A program made the translations under genes and the position numbers. The notes under the pieces are model-generated. The model searched no databases, was not told the origin of the DNA, and saw only the letters and a list, made by a program, of their open reading frames with translations. From IMG/VR virus record IMGVR_UViG_3300023184_000038, positions 64,001-128,000 of that record: a DNA stretch of 64,000 nt. One strand, 5' to 3'. Shown in pieces: positions 47,480-56,902 of the stretch (within the stretch, counting starts at the first letter, position 1; each line of letters opens with the position of its first letter). The stretch comes from a virus.

Positions 47480-47734
47480 ATGTCATTACCCGAAGTAAAA
47501 TTCAACAAAAACGGTTACGAGATTCGTACTCAGATTCTAGATATGGCTAAAGGCCTTATTTCTGAAGAATATCATTCTAAGTTCAACGGCTGGGAAATGA
47601 CTGTTGCTAAGGATGAAAAAACTGGCAAGCTAGTTACTACAGTAGGTATGCCTGAATTTCCAGGACTTGACAAGGTTTTAGAAACTGCTGAAAAAATGTA
47701 TGCTTTTGTAAACCAAAATACAACTAAGAAGTAA
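47480..47734 (+). CDS. hypothetical phage protein
   Basis: KNGYEIR...AEKMYAFV; AGGAG SD. Confidence 0.65.
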   Translation: MSLPEVKFNKNGYEIRTQILDMAKGLISEEYHSKFNGWEMTVAKDEKTGKLVTTVGMPEFPGLDKVLETAEKMYAFVNQNTTKK

Positions 47735-47747
47735 TTCTTACCAAAAA

Positions 47748-47773
47748 GAATGCCCTATTGATTTAGGGCATTC
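47748..47773 (+). terminator. stem-loop, probable terminator
   Basis: GAATGCCCTA-TTGATT-TAGGGCATTC. Confidence 0.6.
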
Positions 47774-47778
47774 CTGCC

Positions 47779-47807
47779 TTGACAGTAAATATGGGTTGTG
47801 ATATACT
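47779..47807 (+). promoter_or_regulatory. sigma70 early promoter (related to the cassette repeat)
   Basis: TTGACA-GTAAATATGGGTTGTGA-TATACT. Confidence 0.8.
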
Positions 47808-47838
47808 ATACTCTTCATTAATTTGCAAGTAATATGTT

Positions 47839-49230
47839 ATGAAAAATATAATTTTACTAAGTTTATTTATTTTAACGGGTTGCGGGGGCGGTGGCGGTTC
47901 CGAAGTTGCTGATAAAATAGATCGATTGCCGATATCAACGCAAGTAAAACCGATCGAGACAATAAATTTTGCAACAACTGCATGTTCAGTGCCATCCTAC
48001 AAATACGGCGAGGTACAATTTCCAATAGAATATTTGAATACAACTACGTTAACAATTAATAATTCTACCCAACGATTACCAAATTCTGTCAATCGGGCCC
48101 TGGCTACTAAAGATGATTGGCCTAGTCGAGGTGGTCCTTGGGCCTTTAAGGCTGATTCAGGATGTAATAACCAATCAACTTATGCTTATAATTTATGGAA
48201 AGAAACTCTAACCCGTATTGCCTCTGCAGGTGCTGACAGAGTTTATATATACAATCGTGGTGATTGGGATGATTTAACAAAATCAGTTTGGACAGGAGTT
48301 AATCAAGCAGTATCCAATGAGGAATTAAAATTTATTGTGGATGAGGCTACAAAAAGAAAACTTAAAGTGTATTATATATGGCAGTTGGCTGACCATGACA
48401 TAACACCAAATCATAATCGTATTCCTACTTCTGATGAAAATAATACCTTATCTTTAGTTGATTTAACTAAATTAATGAATGCATGGCATAAATTATTGTT
48501 AGAACAAGCCGCATACGCTAATAAAATTGGTATTTCGGGAATGTCGGTTGATGTAACCTTAAATACGTTTATTTCAAGTGAAAATAGAGAGTACTGGGTA
48601 ACAAAAACAGTTGATATAATAAATGACGTTAGAAAGATATATTTTGGTGAACTTATTTACGGTGCCGGACGTTCTAGGGTTCCCAACGAACATTTAACTG
48701 TTAATATTCTTGATCATAGAATTGTTTCAAAAGTTGATGCGGTAATGATCCCATTGCATATTGATATGAGTACCGTAATGCAACACGATAGTGCCTCATA
48801 TAAAAATTTAACAATGCAATTTTTAAAAGAGGCAAAAATTGATATAGATAAGCAACTAAACGGAGTTCCATTTAATGTTCCAATTATATTTGCGGGTCAC
48901 AAAACTTCCACCAATGAAAATAAAGATATTGAGGATTCATTTTGTGTAGCAGATTATAATTGGACTTCCACGACGGTTCAGCTAGAATGTATACAACGGT
49001 CTATTTTATCAAATTTTCATAAACAGGCAAACGCAATTCAAGGAATATTTGAGGCTATTATTTCTCAACTATATTTTACAAATAATTACACGATATTAAT
49101 TGATGGATATTGGTTTACTGATGATTTAATTCCGGGTAATGATATTCATACAGGGTTTCCTAATTTATCTAGGTCTATTCGGAATAAACCTGCAGAAAAC
49201 ATAGTTAAAAATTGGTTTTCCAAAGGTTGA
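47839..49230 (+). CDS. lipoprotein with TIM-barrel glycoside-hydrolase-like domain
   Basis: lipobox LTGC-GGGGGS; IINDVRKIYFGELIYGA and RNKPAENIVKNWF resemble GH113-like proteins. Confidence 0.6.
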   Translation: MKNIILLSLFILTGCGGGGGSEVADKIDRLPISTQVKPIETINFATTACSVPSYKYGEVQFPIEYLNTTTLTINNSTQRLPNSVNRALATKDDWPSRGGPWAFKADSGCNNQSTYAYNLWKETLTRIASAGADRVYIYNRGDWDDLTKSVWTGVNQAVSNEELKFIVDEATKRKLKVYYIWQLADHDITPNHNRIPTSDENNTLSLVDLTKLMNAWHKLLLEQAAYANKIGISGMSVDVTLNTFISSENREYWVTKTVDIINDVRKIYFGELIYGAGRSRVPNEHLTVNILDHRIVSKVDAVMIPLHIDMSTVMQHDSASYKNLTMQFLKEAKIDIDKQLNGVPFNVPIIFAGHKTSTNENKDIEDSFCVADYNWTSTTVQLECIQRSILSNFHKQANAIQGIFEAIISQLYFTNNYTILIDGYWFTDDLIPGNDIHTGFPNLSRSIRNKPAENIVKNWFSKG

Positions 49231-49285
49231 CATTAAATGGATTTGGTGATATAATAGAGTCTTAGTCAGTAAAGAAAAGGAAATA
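49225..49285 (+). promoter_or_regulatory. repeated early promoter cassette 1
   Basis: GGTTGACATTAAATGGATTTGGTGATATAATAGAGTCTTAGTCAGT. Confidence 0.9.
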
Positions 49286-49287
49286 AA

Positions 49288-49518
49288 ATGCAAGTAGGAA
49301 CACTTATCAAGTCTTTTGACTTCCCCGGAAATCTAAACTGCTACATGATTGGTACCGTTACAAAGGTCGTAGATGACCTCATTACATGCGTAACTATACG
49401 TCAAGTATTTGACGGTAAGGCATTACCCCTTGAAGAATTCAATAAGGAATTCCGTACAGGGGTGCAGGGCTCTGGTATGTTTGACGACAAGTTTGAACGT
49501 GTCATAATCTTAGGTTGA
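49288..49518 (+). CDS. small early protein
   Basis: 76 aa between promoter repeats. Confidence 0.65.
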   Translation: MQVGTLIKSFDFPGNLNCYMIGTVTKVVDDLITCVTIRQVFDGKALPLEEFNKEFRTGVQGSGMFDDKFERVIILG

Positions 49519-49570
49519 CATTAAATGGTTTTGGGTGTATAATAGACTCTTAAACAGTTAATTAATGGAC
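49513..49570 (+). promoter_or_regulatory. repeated early promoter cassette 2
   Basis: GGTTGACATTAAATGGTTTTGGGTGTATAATAGACTCTTAAACAGTTAATTAA. Confidence 0.9.
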
Positions 49571-49576
49571 AGTATT

Positions 49577-49831
49577 ATGCAACAGACATACCTCTATTTC
49601 ACACCGGAATTTGTCAAGGAAGTCCTGCAGATGCACGATTTCCATTGTGTCTTTGAACTGGATGCACCCGATCACATCTTTGCCAGGCTGATGACAGCCG
49701 AGTTCTACTCAACCCGAGATGTCCGTGAACGTGAGGCTGAGTTTAAACAATGCTGGGCACTAAGCGAGATATACTGCCCACACGAAGGCATTGACCGTCG
49801 TAGCGAATACGGAATAGAGACCGTAGGTTGA
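49577..49831 (+). CDS. small early protein
   Basis: MQQTYLYF...; the upstream ATG at 49565 lies within the SD part of the repeat. Confidence 0.6.
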   Translation: MQQTYLYFTPEFVKEVLQMHDFHCVFELDAPDHIFARLMTAEFYSTRDVREREAEFKQCWALSEIYCPHEGIDRRSEYGIETVG

Positions 49832-49884
49832 CATTAAATGGATTTTGTGATATAATAGATACTTAGACAGTTAATTAAAGGACT
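49826..49884 (+). promoter_or_regulatory. repeated early promoter cassette 3
   Basis: GGTTGACATTAAATGGATTTTGTGATATAATAGATACTTAGACAGTTAATTAAAGGAC. Confidence 0.9.
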
Positions 49885-49889
49885 ACACA

Positions 49890-50156
49890 ATGGCTAAAAA
49901 AATCTCTATCAAAGTTTTCGCAGATCCAAGTCATGCATGGGCCCGCTTCCCTAAATCACATTTGGTAGCACTTGGTATTGAGAATAAGATTTCTACTTAC
50001 AGTTACCAAAACGGCACTAATGCTTTCTTGGAAGAAGACTGTGATTTGCCAGTACTGGTTAACGCACTCCGGCAGCGTGGATATGAAATTAAATTCAACG
50101 AAAGCCATGCTAATAAGCAAAGCAAAATCCGCAATTACTCTACATACCGGGCTTGA
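49890..50156 (+). CDS. small early protein
   Basis: DPSHAW...FLEEDCD motif. Confidence 0.65.
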   Translation: MAKKISIKVFADPSHAWARFPKSHLVALGIENKISTYSYQNGTNAFLEEDCDLPVLVNALRQRGYEIKFNESHANKQSKIRNYSTYRA

Positions 50157-50208
50157 CATTAAATAGGTTTTGTGATATAATAGACTCTTAAACAGTTAAT
50201 TAAAGGAC
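50151..50208 (+). promoter_or_regulatory. repeated early promoter cassette 4
   Basis: GCTTGACATTAAATAGGTTTTGTGATATAATAGACTCTTAAACAGTTAATTAAAGGAC. Confidence 0.9.
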
Positions 50209-50214
50209 ATTGAA

Positions 50215-50499
50215 ATGACTAAGCAAGATTACACAATGTATATTTACAAAGCAGACAAGCGCACCAAAACTGGCGAACGTTTGTTCTCGACCACTGTTTG
50301 GGTGGCACGTTCCGAAAAAGGTATGCGGCAAGAGTGCAACGAACTCTACAACTTGTACCCTGCTACCAAAGGCTGGCGTTTTGAATATGTGCCTACAATG
50401 AAAACTGTACGTAACTTGATGTCCGGAGTTGATATCCAAATTCCACACGACACTCCCTGGGCTTGTAATCCTTCTAGCGAAACTTATTGGTCAACTTAA
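50215..50499 (+). CDS. small early protein
   Basis: 94 aa ending TPWACNPSSETYWST. Confidence 0.65.
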   Translation: MTKQDYTMYIYKADKRTKTGERLFSTTVWVARSEKGMRQECNELYNLYPATKGWRFEYVPTMKTVRNLMSGVDIQIPHDTPWACNPSSETYWST

Positions 50500-50509
50500 G
50501 GAAAATAAA

Positions 50510-51193
50510 ATGGCACGTACCCCAGTATCTACTTTTTCATACCCCTCAGAATTGGTTTGGGCAGCAGCCGCAGCCGCACATAGGGTAGTTGGTACTTATA
50601 TTAAAGTTAGTTCACCAATCGGTACTGAATCATCGGATAATAAGCAGTCTCCGGCTAAGCCACTGGCAGTCGCAGTTGTTCAGTCTAACCGTACCATAAT
50701 GGAAAAGTTTATTGCAGAGAAATCTGTAACTGATGCTGACCTGGAAGAAGGTGAAAAAATTCGTAAATTTTTTCAGGGGTTGACTTTTCAAATTCTTAAA
50801 GGTAAAGTGTTATCCGATTTTGACAATAACGCCCTGGCAATAAGTTGCCGAGACACCATTACGTCTAATTATGAATTGGCAGTAATTGCTAGTTTGCCTG
50901 CAGGATATGAACGTGGGCAAAAAAGAGCAAATATTCAAGGTCGCATTGACTTTGCTAAGGGCGGATTTATTGCTAAAGTGGGAGATAAGATTACTCTTAA
51001 TATTGAAGTGCTTAAATCTGTATACTCTCAACAATGGGGAGTTTTTTACAGTACTGCAATTACTGATAATGACCAAGTACTTTTCTTCAGTTACAAAACT
51101 GAATTAGCGGCTGGTGCTTTTATTAAAATATCGTGTACAGTTAAGGCTCACCGGGACAATTTAACTCAACTTAACCGTGTAAAAATTCTTTAA
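50510..51193 (+). CDS. hypothetical protein with possible C-terminal OB fold
   Basis: MARTP start after AAGGA; KVGDKITL...TVKAH...TQLNRV. Confidence 0.6.
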   Translation: MARTPVSTFSYPSELVWAAAAAAHRVVGTYIKVSSPIGTESSDNKQSPAKPLAVAVVQSNRTIMEKFIAEKSVTDADLEEGEKIRKFFQGLTFQILKGKVLSDFDNNALAISCRDTITSNYELAVIASLPAGYERGQKRANIQGRIDFAKGGFIAKVGDKITLNIEVLKSVYSQQWGVFYSTAITDNDQVLFFSYKTELAAGAFIKISCTVKAHRDNLTQLNRVKIL

Positions 51194-51427
51194 TTTTAAA
51201 GATAATCAATGAATGAACAATTAAGAAAACTAGTAGAACGAGCCGGCGCGCCTGCTGATGTACTAAATGAAATTTGGTTTCATATATTTTGTCAAAAGTT
51301 TGCCAATCTGTTACTTGCTGAAATGGAAGATGATTTTAAATGAATTCTACTTTAGCGTATCGGATTGAGATATTTCTTGTTATGTTTGTAACAATATTTT
51401 TTACTTTAATTTATATGGGAGTTTTTT

Positions 51428-51589
51428 ATGAAAAATAATATACTGTATTACAGTTTGGGTATGTTACTATTGACCTTCATTACAGGATGTAGTACAATAG
51501 CAGGTACAGTGCATGGAATAGGAGATGATGTTAAATCAGGAACTGAAACATTGTCCGGTTGGATCAAACCCTCTAAACAAGCAAAATAA
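51428..51589 (+). CDS. entericidin-like small lipoprotein (not in ORF track)
   Basis: 53 aa, lipobox ITGC followed by STIAGTVHGIGDDV. Confidence 0.55.
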   Translation: MKNNILYYSLGMLLLTFITGCSTIAGTVHGIGDDVKSGTETLSGWIKPSKQAK

Positions 51590-51590
51590 T

Positions 51591-51716
51591 ATGAATTTTA
51601 TTAGTGGATTAATTATTGGTATCATTATTGCTACCGTGGGTATTAGTGGTTTGGCCAACATTGCAGATAGGGCAGTTGATAAAACCAAAGTAATACTCAA
51701 GGAACATATTAAATAA
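51591..51716 (+). CDS. small membrane protein
   Basis: MNFISGLIIGIIIATVG. Confidence 0.5.
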   Translation: MNFISGLIIGIIIATVGISGLANIADRAVDKTKVILKEHIK

Positions 51717-51722
51717 TGTTAT

Positions 51723-51959
51723 ATGTTAAGATTTTTACCTGTGATTATAAAACCACTAGCGGTGATTCTATTCGTGTCAATTCTAGTAGTACAGTGGGTA
51801 AAAGTAGATAATTCCAAATATGATGATAGTGATTTTATTTCAATTGTTTACCAATGTTCAGAATTAAATAAATATGACCATGTGCCTAGGCAAGTAGATA
51901 TAGAATGTGAATTTCGTAGAGAAAACAAACAGCGTAACTTAAAGAAAGTAGTACCATGA
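51723..51959 (+). CDS. small membrane protein
   Basis: N-terminal hydrophobic segment. Confidence 0.5.
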   Translation: MLRFLPVIIKPLAVILFVSILVVQWVKVDNSKYDDSDFISIVYQCSELNKYDHVPRQVDIECEFRRENKQRNLKKVVP

Positions 51960-53296
51960 GCGCAAGTTGGATTAATAAATTAAATGAATCAGATAGCCGT
52001 TTACATAAGCAAAACGTAATTGCACAGGCGCTATCAGCGAGTGTCCTTGGTAGTACTAACGCAACTAATTTTTTGATGCTGGCAAAGGCCTGTTATAATC
52101 CATATGTAACATATGGTGTTAAACAAATTTCAAATACAGTTGGAATTGTTGGAACTAAAAATCCATGGGAAGATTTTGTAGACCTATTGGAAAATCTTAG
52201 TTTACGCAAAATTACTGGCAATGCTGCCCGTGATGCTATTCAAGACCTTGCAGAACAATTTGATAGTGAAGAATGGAATACATTTTTGGCTCCGGTATTA
52301 CGCCGAGACCTTCGTGCAGGACTTACTGAAAATACAATTAATAAAATTTGTAAAAACACAAAATTTGAAATTCCAGTATTTAGTTGTCAACTTGCAACTA
52401 ATTGTGAGGGGCGCCCTGAGATGAAGGGCATCAAACGTCTTGAACCCAAACTAGATGGTGTTCGTATGTTATTGATGGTTATCCCAGGTGCTAGTGAAGG
52501 ATTGACTACGATCTGTTTTAGTCGTAACGGTAAAACTTTTGAAAACTTCACTCATATTGAAGATCAGATTCGTGATAATTGGCTTAAACTAGTTCGCAAA
52601 GCCGCAACTACTAGTAATTTAAGTATGGGGTTTGTACTTGACGGTGAAGTGATTGGTAATAGTTTCCAAGAACTGATGCGACAAGCACGCCGTAAAACAG
52701 GTGTACAAGCAGAGGATAGTGTCTACAATGTGTTTGACATTTTGCCACTAGAGGCTTTCCGTGAAGGTCATTGGAATACACAACTAGAAAAACGTATTAG
52801 AATTCTTGATGATATGCGTCCCATCATTGATACCATGCCTAACGTTGAACTCTTGCCACATATTATGGTTGACTTAGATACAGCCGCAGGTAAAGATCAA
52901 CTTGAACGTTATGCTAAGGATAATGTTAATGCCGGATTTGAAGGCATTATGATTAAAGAAATGGAAGCCCCTTATATCTGTAAGCGGTCAACAGATTGGA
53001 TGAAATGGAAGCCTACAATTACAGTAGATTTAGAAGTTGTTGGTATGGAGGAAGGCACTGGCCGAAATGTTGGAAGATTGGGTGCATTAATTTGCAGTGG
53101 AATTGATGATGGTAAAGAAATAACAGTCAATGTTGGCAGTGGATTTAGTGATAAAGACCGAGATGATTATTATCTCAATCGTAATATTATACTTGGACGC
53201 ACTGCCGAAGTGATGTGCGATATTATTACACAAAATAGTGACGGTACATATTCTTTACGTTTTCCGCGTTTTGTTAGATTTCGTGATGATAAATGA
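51956..53296 (+). CDS. lig: ATP-dependent DNA ligase
   Basis: EPKLDGVR, LDGEV, FEGIMIK, WMKWK, SLRFPRF. Confidence 0.95.
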   Translation: MSASWINKLNESDSRLHKQNVIAQALSASVLGSTNATNFLMLAKACYNPYVTYGVKQISNTVGIVGTKNPWEDFVDLLENLSLRKITGNAARDAIQDLAEQFDSEEWNTFLAPVLRRDLRAGLTENTINKICKNTKFEIPVFSCQLATNCEGRPEMKGIKRLEPKLDGVRMLLMVIPGASEGLTTICFSRNGKTFENFTHIEDQIRDNWLKLVRKAATTSNLSMGFVLDGEVIGNSFQELMRQARRKTGVQAEDSVYNVFDILPLEAFREGHWNTQLEKRIRILDDMRPIIDTMPNVELLPHIMVDLDTAAGKDQLERYAKDNVNAGFEGIMIKEMEAPYICKRSTDWMKWKPTITVDLEVVGMEEGTGRNVGRLGALICSGIDDGKEITVNVGSGFSDKDRDDYYLNRNIILGRTAEVMCDIITQNSDGTYSLRFPRFVRFRDDK

Positions 53297-53327
53297 TAAT
53301 TGATAAATATTTAACAAAGGACCAATA

Positions 53328-53531
53328 ATGTTTTTGAATCGGCTTGATATAGAAAAAATAGGTAGAATTAGTAAATCATTTTCAAATTCAGAAGTGTTTG
53401 AAATCAAGCAAGATACCAGATCAGGCATTGGAGCGGTCACTACATTACATGTGCAAACTACTATACATGGACTTGAAGGGGATTTTGAAGGAGAATTTGT
53501 AATAACTATTAGTTCTACTGAAAGTTGGTAA
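53328..53531 (+). CDS. hypothetical protein
   Basis: 67-aa ORF with AAGGA SD. Confidence 0.55.
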   Translation: MFLNRLDIEKIGRISKSFSNSEVFEIKQDTRSGIGAVTTLHVQTTIHGLEGDFEGEFVITISSTESW

Positions 53532-53550
53532 TATACATCTGGGCAACAAC

Positions 53551-53748
53551 ATGAATATAACAAAAATTTCTGACCAAAACAATATAATGTTTCGTCAACA
53601 GACGATTAATAATTTGGATAAACGACATGAGGCGCTGAGAATAGAAGAACTAAGAGTCCGAGAGGATATTAAAGCAAATCAGGCCAAACGAATTGAATTG
53701 AACCGGGAGTTAGGGAGACCTGGACAGAATATTGATACATTAGCATGA
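53551..53748 (+). CDS. hypothetical protein
   Basis: 65-aa ORF. Confidence 0.5.
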   Translation: MNITKISDQNNIMFRQQTINNLDKRHEALRIEELRVREDIKANQAKRIELNRELGRPGQNIDTLA

Positions 53749-53874
53749 TATTATTAATTGGATTTGTTATTGGATTACTGTTCGGAGTTGCTTTTTTACT
53801 TTGGTACCGGAATAGATAAATTTATATATGGAAGTTCTTTGATGAATCACGCTGCAATACTTGAAGAGGATACT

Positions 53875-54093
53875 ATGGAAAAGCCAAAATCAGCTGACGG
53901 GGTGTCAGGCATGTTGCTTAAAACAATGGATGGGAAATTTATTTTCCGAGTATATAATTTTTATGATTTTAAGGATTATACTATTGAACATAGTGATTTA
54001 AACATAACTATAAATGATCCTGATGCATATTTTTATATGGATTCTGTATTAGATCATAGTCCAGCAACTTTAGGTATTACCAAGGATAAATAA
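53875..54093 (+). CDS. hypothetical protein
   Basis: GAGGA SD before MEKPKS. Confidence 0.55.
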   Translation: MEKPKSADGVSGMLLKTMDGKFIFRVYNFYDFKDYTIEHSDLNITINDPDAYFYMDSVLDHSPATLGITKDK

Positions 54094-54314
54094 TGACTTA
54101 TGTAACAGTAGAAGCCGAAATTGATTTAAGTGAAATTGACTTAGAAGATTTAATTGAAGAACTAGAAAGTCGTAATGCATATGAAAATAAAACAGAATCA
54201 GAATTGTATCGGTCATTACTTACTATTATTTGGCAAAAACGTAGAGCAGGTAATGTTAGTTATGATAAAGAGCTTGACACATTAATTTATGATGTACTAG
54301 GTCATGTTATATGA
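54093..54314 (+). CDS. hypothetical protein
   Basis: 73-aa ORF. Confidence 0.55.
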   Translation: MTYVTVEAEIDLSEIDLEDLIEELESRNAYENKTESELYRSLLTIIWQKRRAGNVSYDKELDTLIYDVLGHVI

Positions 54315-54514
54315 CATCCAATTTAATTGGACAACTATATAAGTTTGAAGATGGCAATACAATTGAAATAATTCAAATAAAACAACGTGATGACGGGGAT
54401 AGTGCTACCGATTGGGTTACCTTTCATGTTCAACAGGGAAACGGCATTCCACAAAAATTGTTGATGACACACGCTGAATTTATATCAACTTACGGGCATT
54501 TGTTTACTAAGTAA
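54311..54514 (+). CDS. hypothetical protein
   Basis: 67-aa ORF. Confidence 0.55.
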   Translation: MTSNLIGQLYKFEDGNTIEIIQIKQRDDGDSATDWVTFHVQQGNGIPQKLLMTHAEFISTYGHLFTK

Positions 54515-54553
54515 GAGTATACCATACGTTCGGTATTGACTAAATATTATGGT

Positions 54554-56185
54554 ATGTTTAAAAAAATAATAAATCTTTCTAATCTAACTCTTTTAGTTGC
54601 GTTGGCTCTTAGTACCATTGCAGCCTATTATAGTATTATTGGTCTTACGGCAATCTTTGCTGCTGCCGTAATACCTATTATAATTATGGGTTCTATTTTA
54701 GAAATAGCCAAAATTACTGCAACAGTTTGGTTACGAAGATATTGGAACAAAGCAGGATTGATAATTAAACTGTATCTAGTGCCTGCAATAATTTCTTTAG
54801 CAGTTATAACAAGTATGGGAATATTTGGCTTTTTAAGTAAAGCGCATATGGACCAAAATATACCAACCGGTGATATAGCAGCCAAAGTTGCTTTACTAGA
54901 CGAAAAAGTTAAAACGCAAAGAGACAATATTAAATCTGCTAGGGAAGCCCTTGCCCAAATGGATACCCAAGTTAATAATGTAATGAATAAGGGTGACACT
55001 GAAAAATCAGCCGAACGTAGCGTTCAAATTAGGCGGCAACAAGCAACTGAACGCGGTAAACTACAAAAAGAAATAGAAATTGCTAATATCGCTATTGGAA
55101 AGTTGAATGAAGAAAAAGCACCCATTGCTAGTCAATTACGCAAAGTGGAAGCAGAGGTCGGTCCCGTAAAATATATTGCTGCATTAATTTACGGAGATAA
55201 TCCAGACCAAAATCTCTTAGAAAGTGCAGTACGATGGGTTATCATATTACTTGTTATTGTGTTTGACCCATTGGCAATTGCTTTGGTATTAGCAGCAAAT
55301 CAAAGTAAAGATTGGGATGATGAGACTGAAGAAATTAAAAAAATAGATACCTTTTTTAATAATGGTAAGAAAATTTCTCAACATTTAGATGAAAATGAAA
55401 AGGTAGTTGAAGATGAATCTATACTACAAAAGCATCCATATCTAACTAAAAAGTTTGAAAATTTTAAAAATCTCAACCCAATAGTTGCTCCACCTTCTTA
55501 TGAAGCCGACGACGGGCCACTGAGTGGTAGTCAAATTGACCAACTTAAAAAAACAGTAGAACCTCAACTTTCATTTGTTCAAGGAGACTATAATGTATCT
55601 CATCCAACTCTTAAAAATTGGAATATAGATGCTAATATATTACCGCCCAAAGAAGAGTATAAAGAAGTAACTGAATTTGAAGGAATTAAGGATCCAATTA
55701 CAAAAGAATGGGAACAAACGGGTCCAGAGTACACTGTACAAATACCAATTAATCCTACAAAAATTGAAACTGAGGGAGTAACCGTTATTCCTGAATATTA
55801 CATATCAGGTGATTATGCAGTTTATCAAGGTAAAAATATGCATGTAAATGTGTTAAAAGACCTACGCCCTGATTTATTTAAATTAACTGCGGATTTAACT
55901 ACTACGCCCGGTATCATTACTACAAAATTTGGAACTTCTTTTCCCAAAATAGCAAATCGTGGTGATATTTTTGTTAGAGTAGATGCATTACCAAACTTGG
56001 TTTTTAAATTTAATGGATCCAGTTGGATAGCAGTAAATAAAAATCAATCGGACACCTACCTTTTTAATCAAGAATACATTAAGTATTTAATTGAAAAAAT
56101 AGACTGCGGTGAATATGACATTGACCTTCTTTCAGAACATGAAAAACTTCAAATAGAAGAATATTTAAGTAACCAAAAAAGTTGA
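54554..56185 (+). CDS. membrane protein with coiled-coil region
   Basis: three N-terminal TM segments, coiled coil, fourth TM (IVFDPLA). Confidence 0.7.
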   Translation: MFKKIINLSNLTLLVALALSTIAAYYSIIGLTAIFAAAVIPIIIMGSILEIAKITATVWLRRYWNKAGLIIKLYLVPAIISLAVITSMGIFGFLSKAHMDQNIPTGDIAAKVALLDEKVKTQRDNIKSAREALAQMDTQVNNVMNKGDTEKSAERSVQIRRQQATERGKLQKEIEIANIAIGKLNEEKAPIASQLRKVEAEVGPVKYIAALIYGDNPDQNLLESAVRWVIILLVIVFDPLAIALVLAANQSKDWDDETEEIKKIDTFFNNGKKISQHLDENEKVVEDESILQKHPYLTKKFENFKNLNPIVAPPSYEADDGPLSGSQIDQLKKTVEPQLSFVQGDYNVSHPTLKNWNIDANILPPKEEYKEVTEFEGIKDPITKEWEQTGPEYTVQIPINPTKIETEGVTVIPEYYISGDYAVYQGKNMHVNVLKDLRPDLFKLTADLTTTPGIITTKFGTSFPKIANRGDIFVRVDALPNLVFKFNGSSWIAVNKNQSDTYLFNQEYIKYLIEKIDCGEYDIDLLSEHEKLQIEEYLSNQKS

Positions 56186-56210
56186 TATTAATCGTCAACT
56201 ATGATATAAT
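56182..56210 (+). promoter_or_regulatory. sigma70-type promoter
   Basis: TTGATA-17 nt-TATAAT. Confidence 0.7.
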
Positions 56211-56240
56211 ATCTGTATTGTAACTTTATCGGATTATTTT

Positions 56241-56900
56241 ATGAAATTTCATGTTATTACTATTGCTGTTCTACTAGCAGTTTCAGGTTGTTCCTCAACC
56301 AAAGAAGCCAAAATAGAAGGTGCCCCAATAACAGCATTAACCGCTCAAAAACTTAGTACTAGTTTTAAACGACAAGGTGTAAAAATTGAATGGGATTGTA
56401 TTTGGGGTACAGGGATGTTTGATGCAACTTGTATTAAAACTAATATTAAATCTATTGAAGTAACCGGATATGCTACATCATTTGGCAACAGTGAGGTAAT
56501 GCGTGAACAATCCTTTAAAGTTGCTCATGATGTTGCACTAGATAAACTTATTAGATTTGTAAAACAAGATATTACTAGTAACCGTGTTGTTTCTACATTG
56601 GGCAAAAATGTTGAAAAAGCGCAAGACCGAATTAAAAATCGTATTAAAGCCGATGAGGATGTTGCGATGAGTGACGAGGATATTGGTAAAGATACAAATT
56701 TTGCTGTTCGTGAAAACACAAATGACACAGTTCGTAATTTTACAGAAACAGTTAGAACAAATTCTCAAGGAATTATCCGCGGTGCAAGAGCAATTGATGA
56801 AAATATTGTTGATAGGCAAACAGTAGCAGTGACAATCCGTTGGGATACTGCAAGCGAAAAAGCATCAATATATTTGCGTAAACGGTTTATCTCTAATTAA
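56241..56900 (+). CDS. lipoprotein (LPP20-like)
   Basis: lipobox VSGC. Confidence 0.65.
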   Translation: MKFHVITIAVLLAVSGCSSTKEAKIEGAPITALTAQKLSTSFKRQGVKIEWDCIWGTGMFDATCIKTNIKSIEVTGYATSFGNSEVMREQSFKVAHDVALDKLIRFVKQDITSNRVVSTLGKNVEKAQDRIKNRIKADEDVAMSDEDIGKDTNFAVRENTNDTVRNFTETVRTNSQGIIRGARAIDENIVDRQTVAVTIRWDTASEKASIYLRKRFISN

Positions 56901-56902
56901 TA

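Noticed and set aside
49225-50208. Regularly spaced repeats as a CRISPR array
   Set aside because: The spacers are ~250-300-nt intact ORFs, the repeats are sigma70 promoters, and no cas genes are present.
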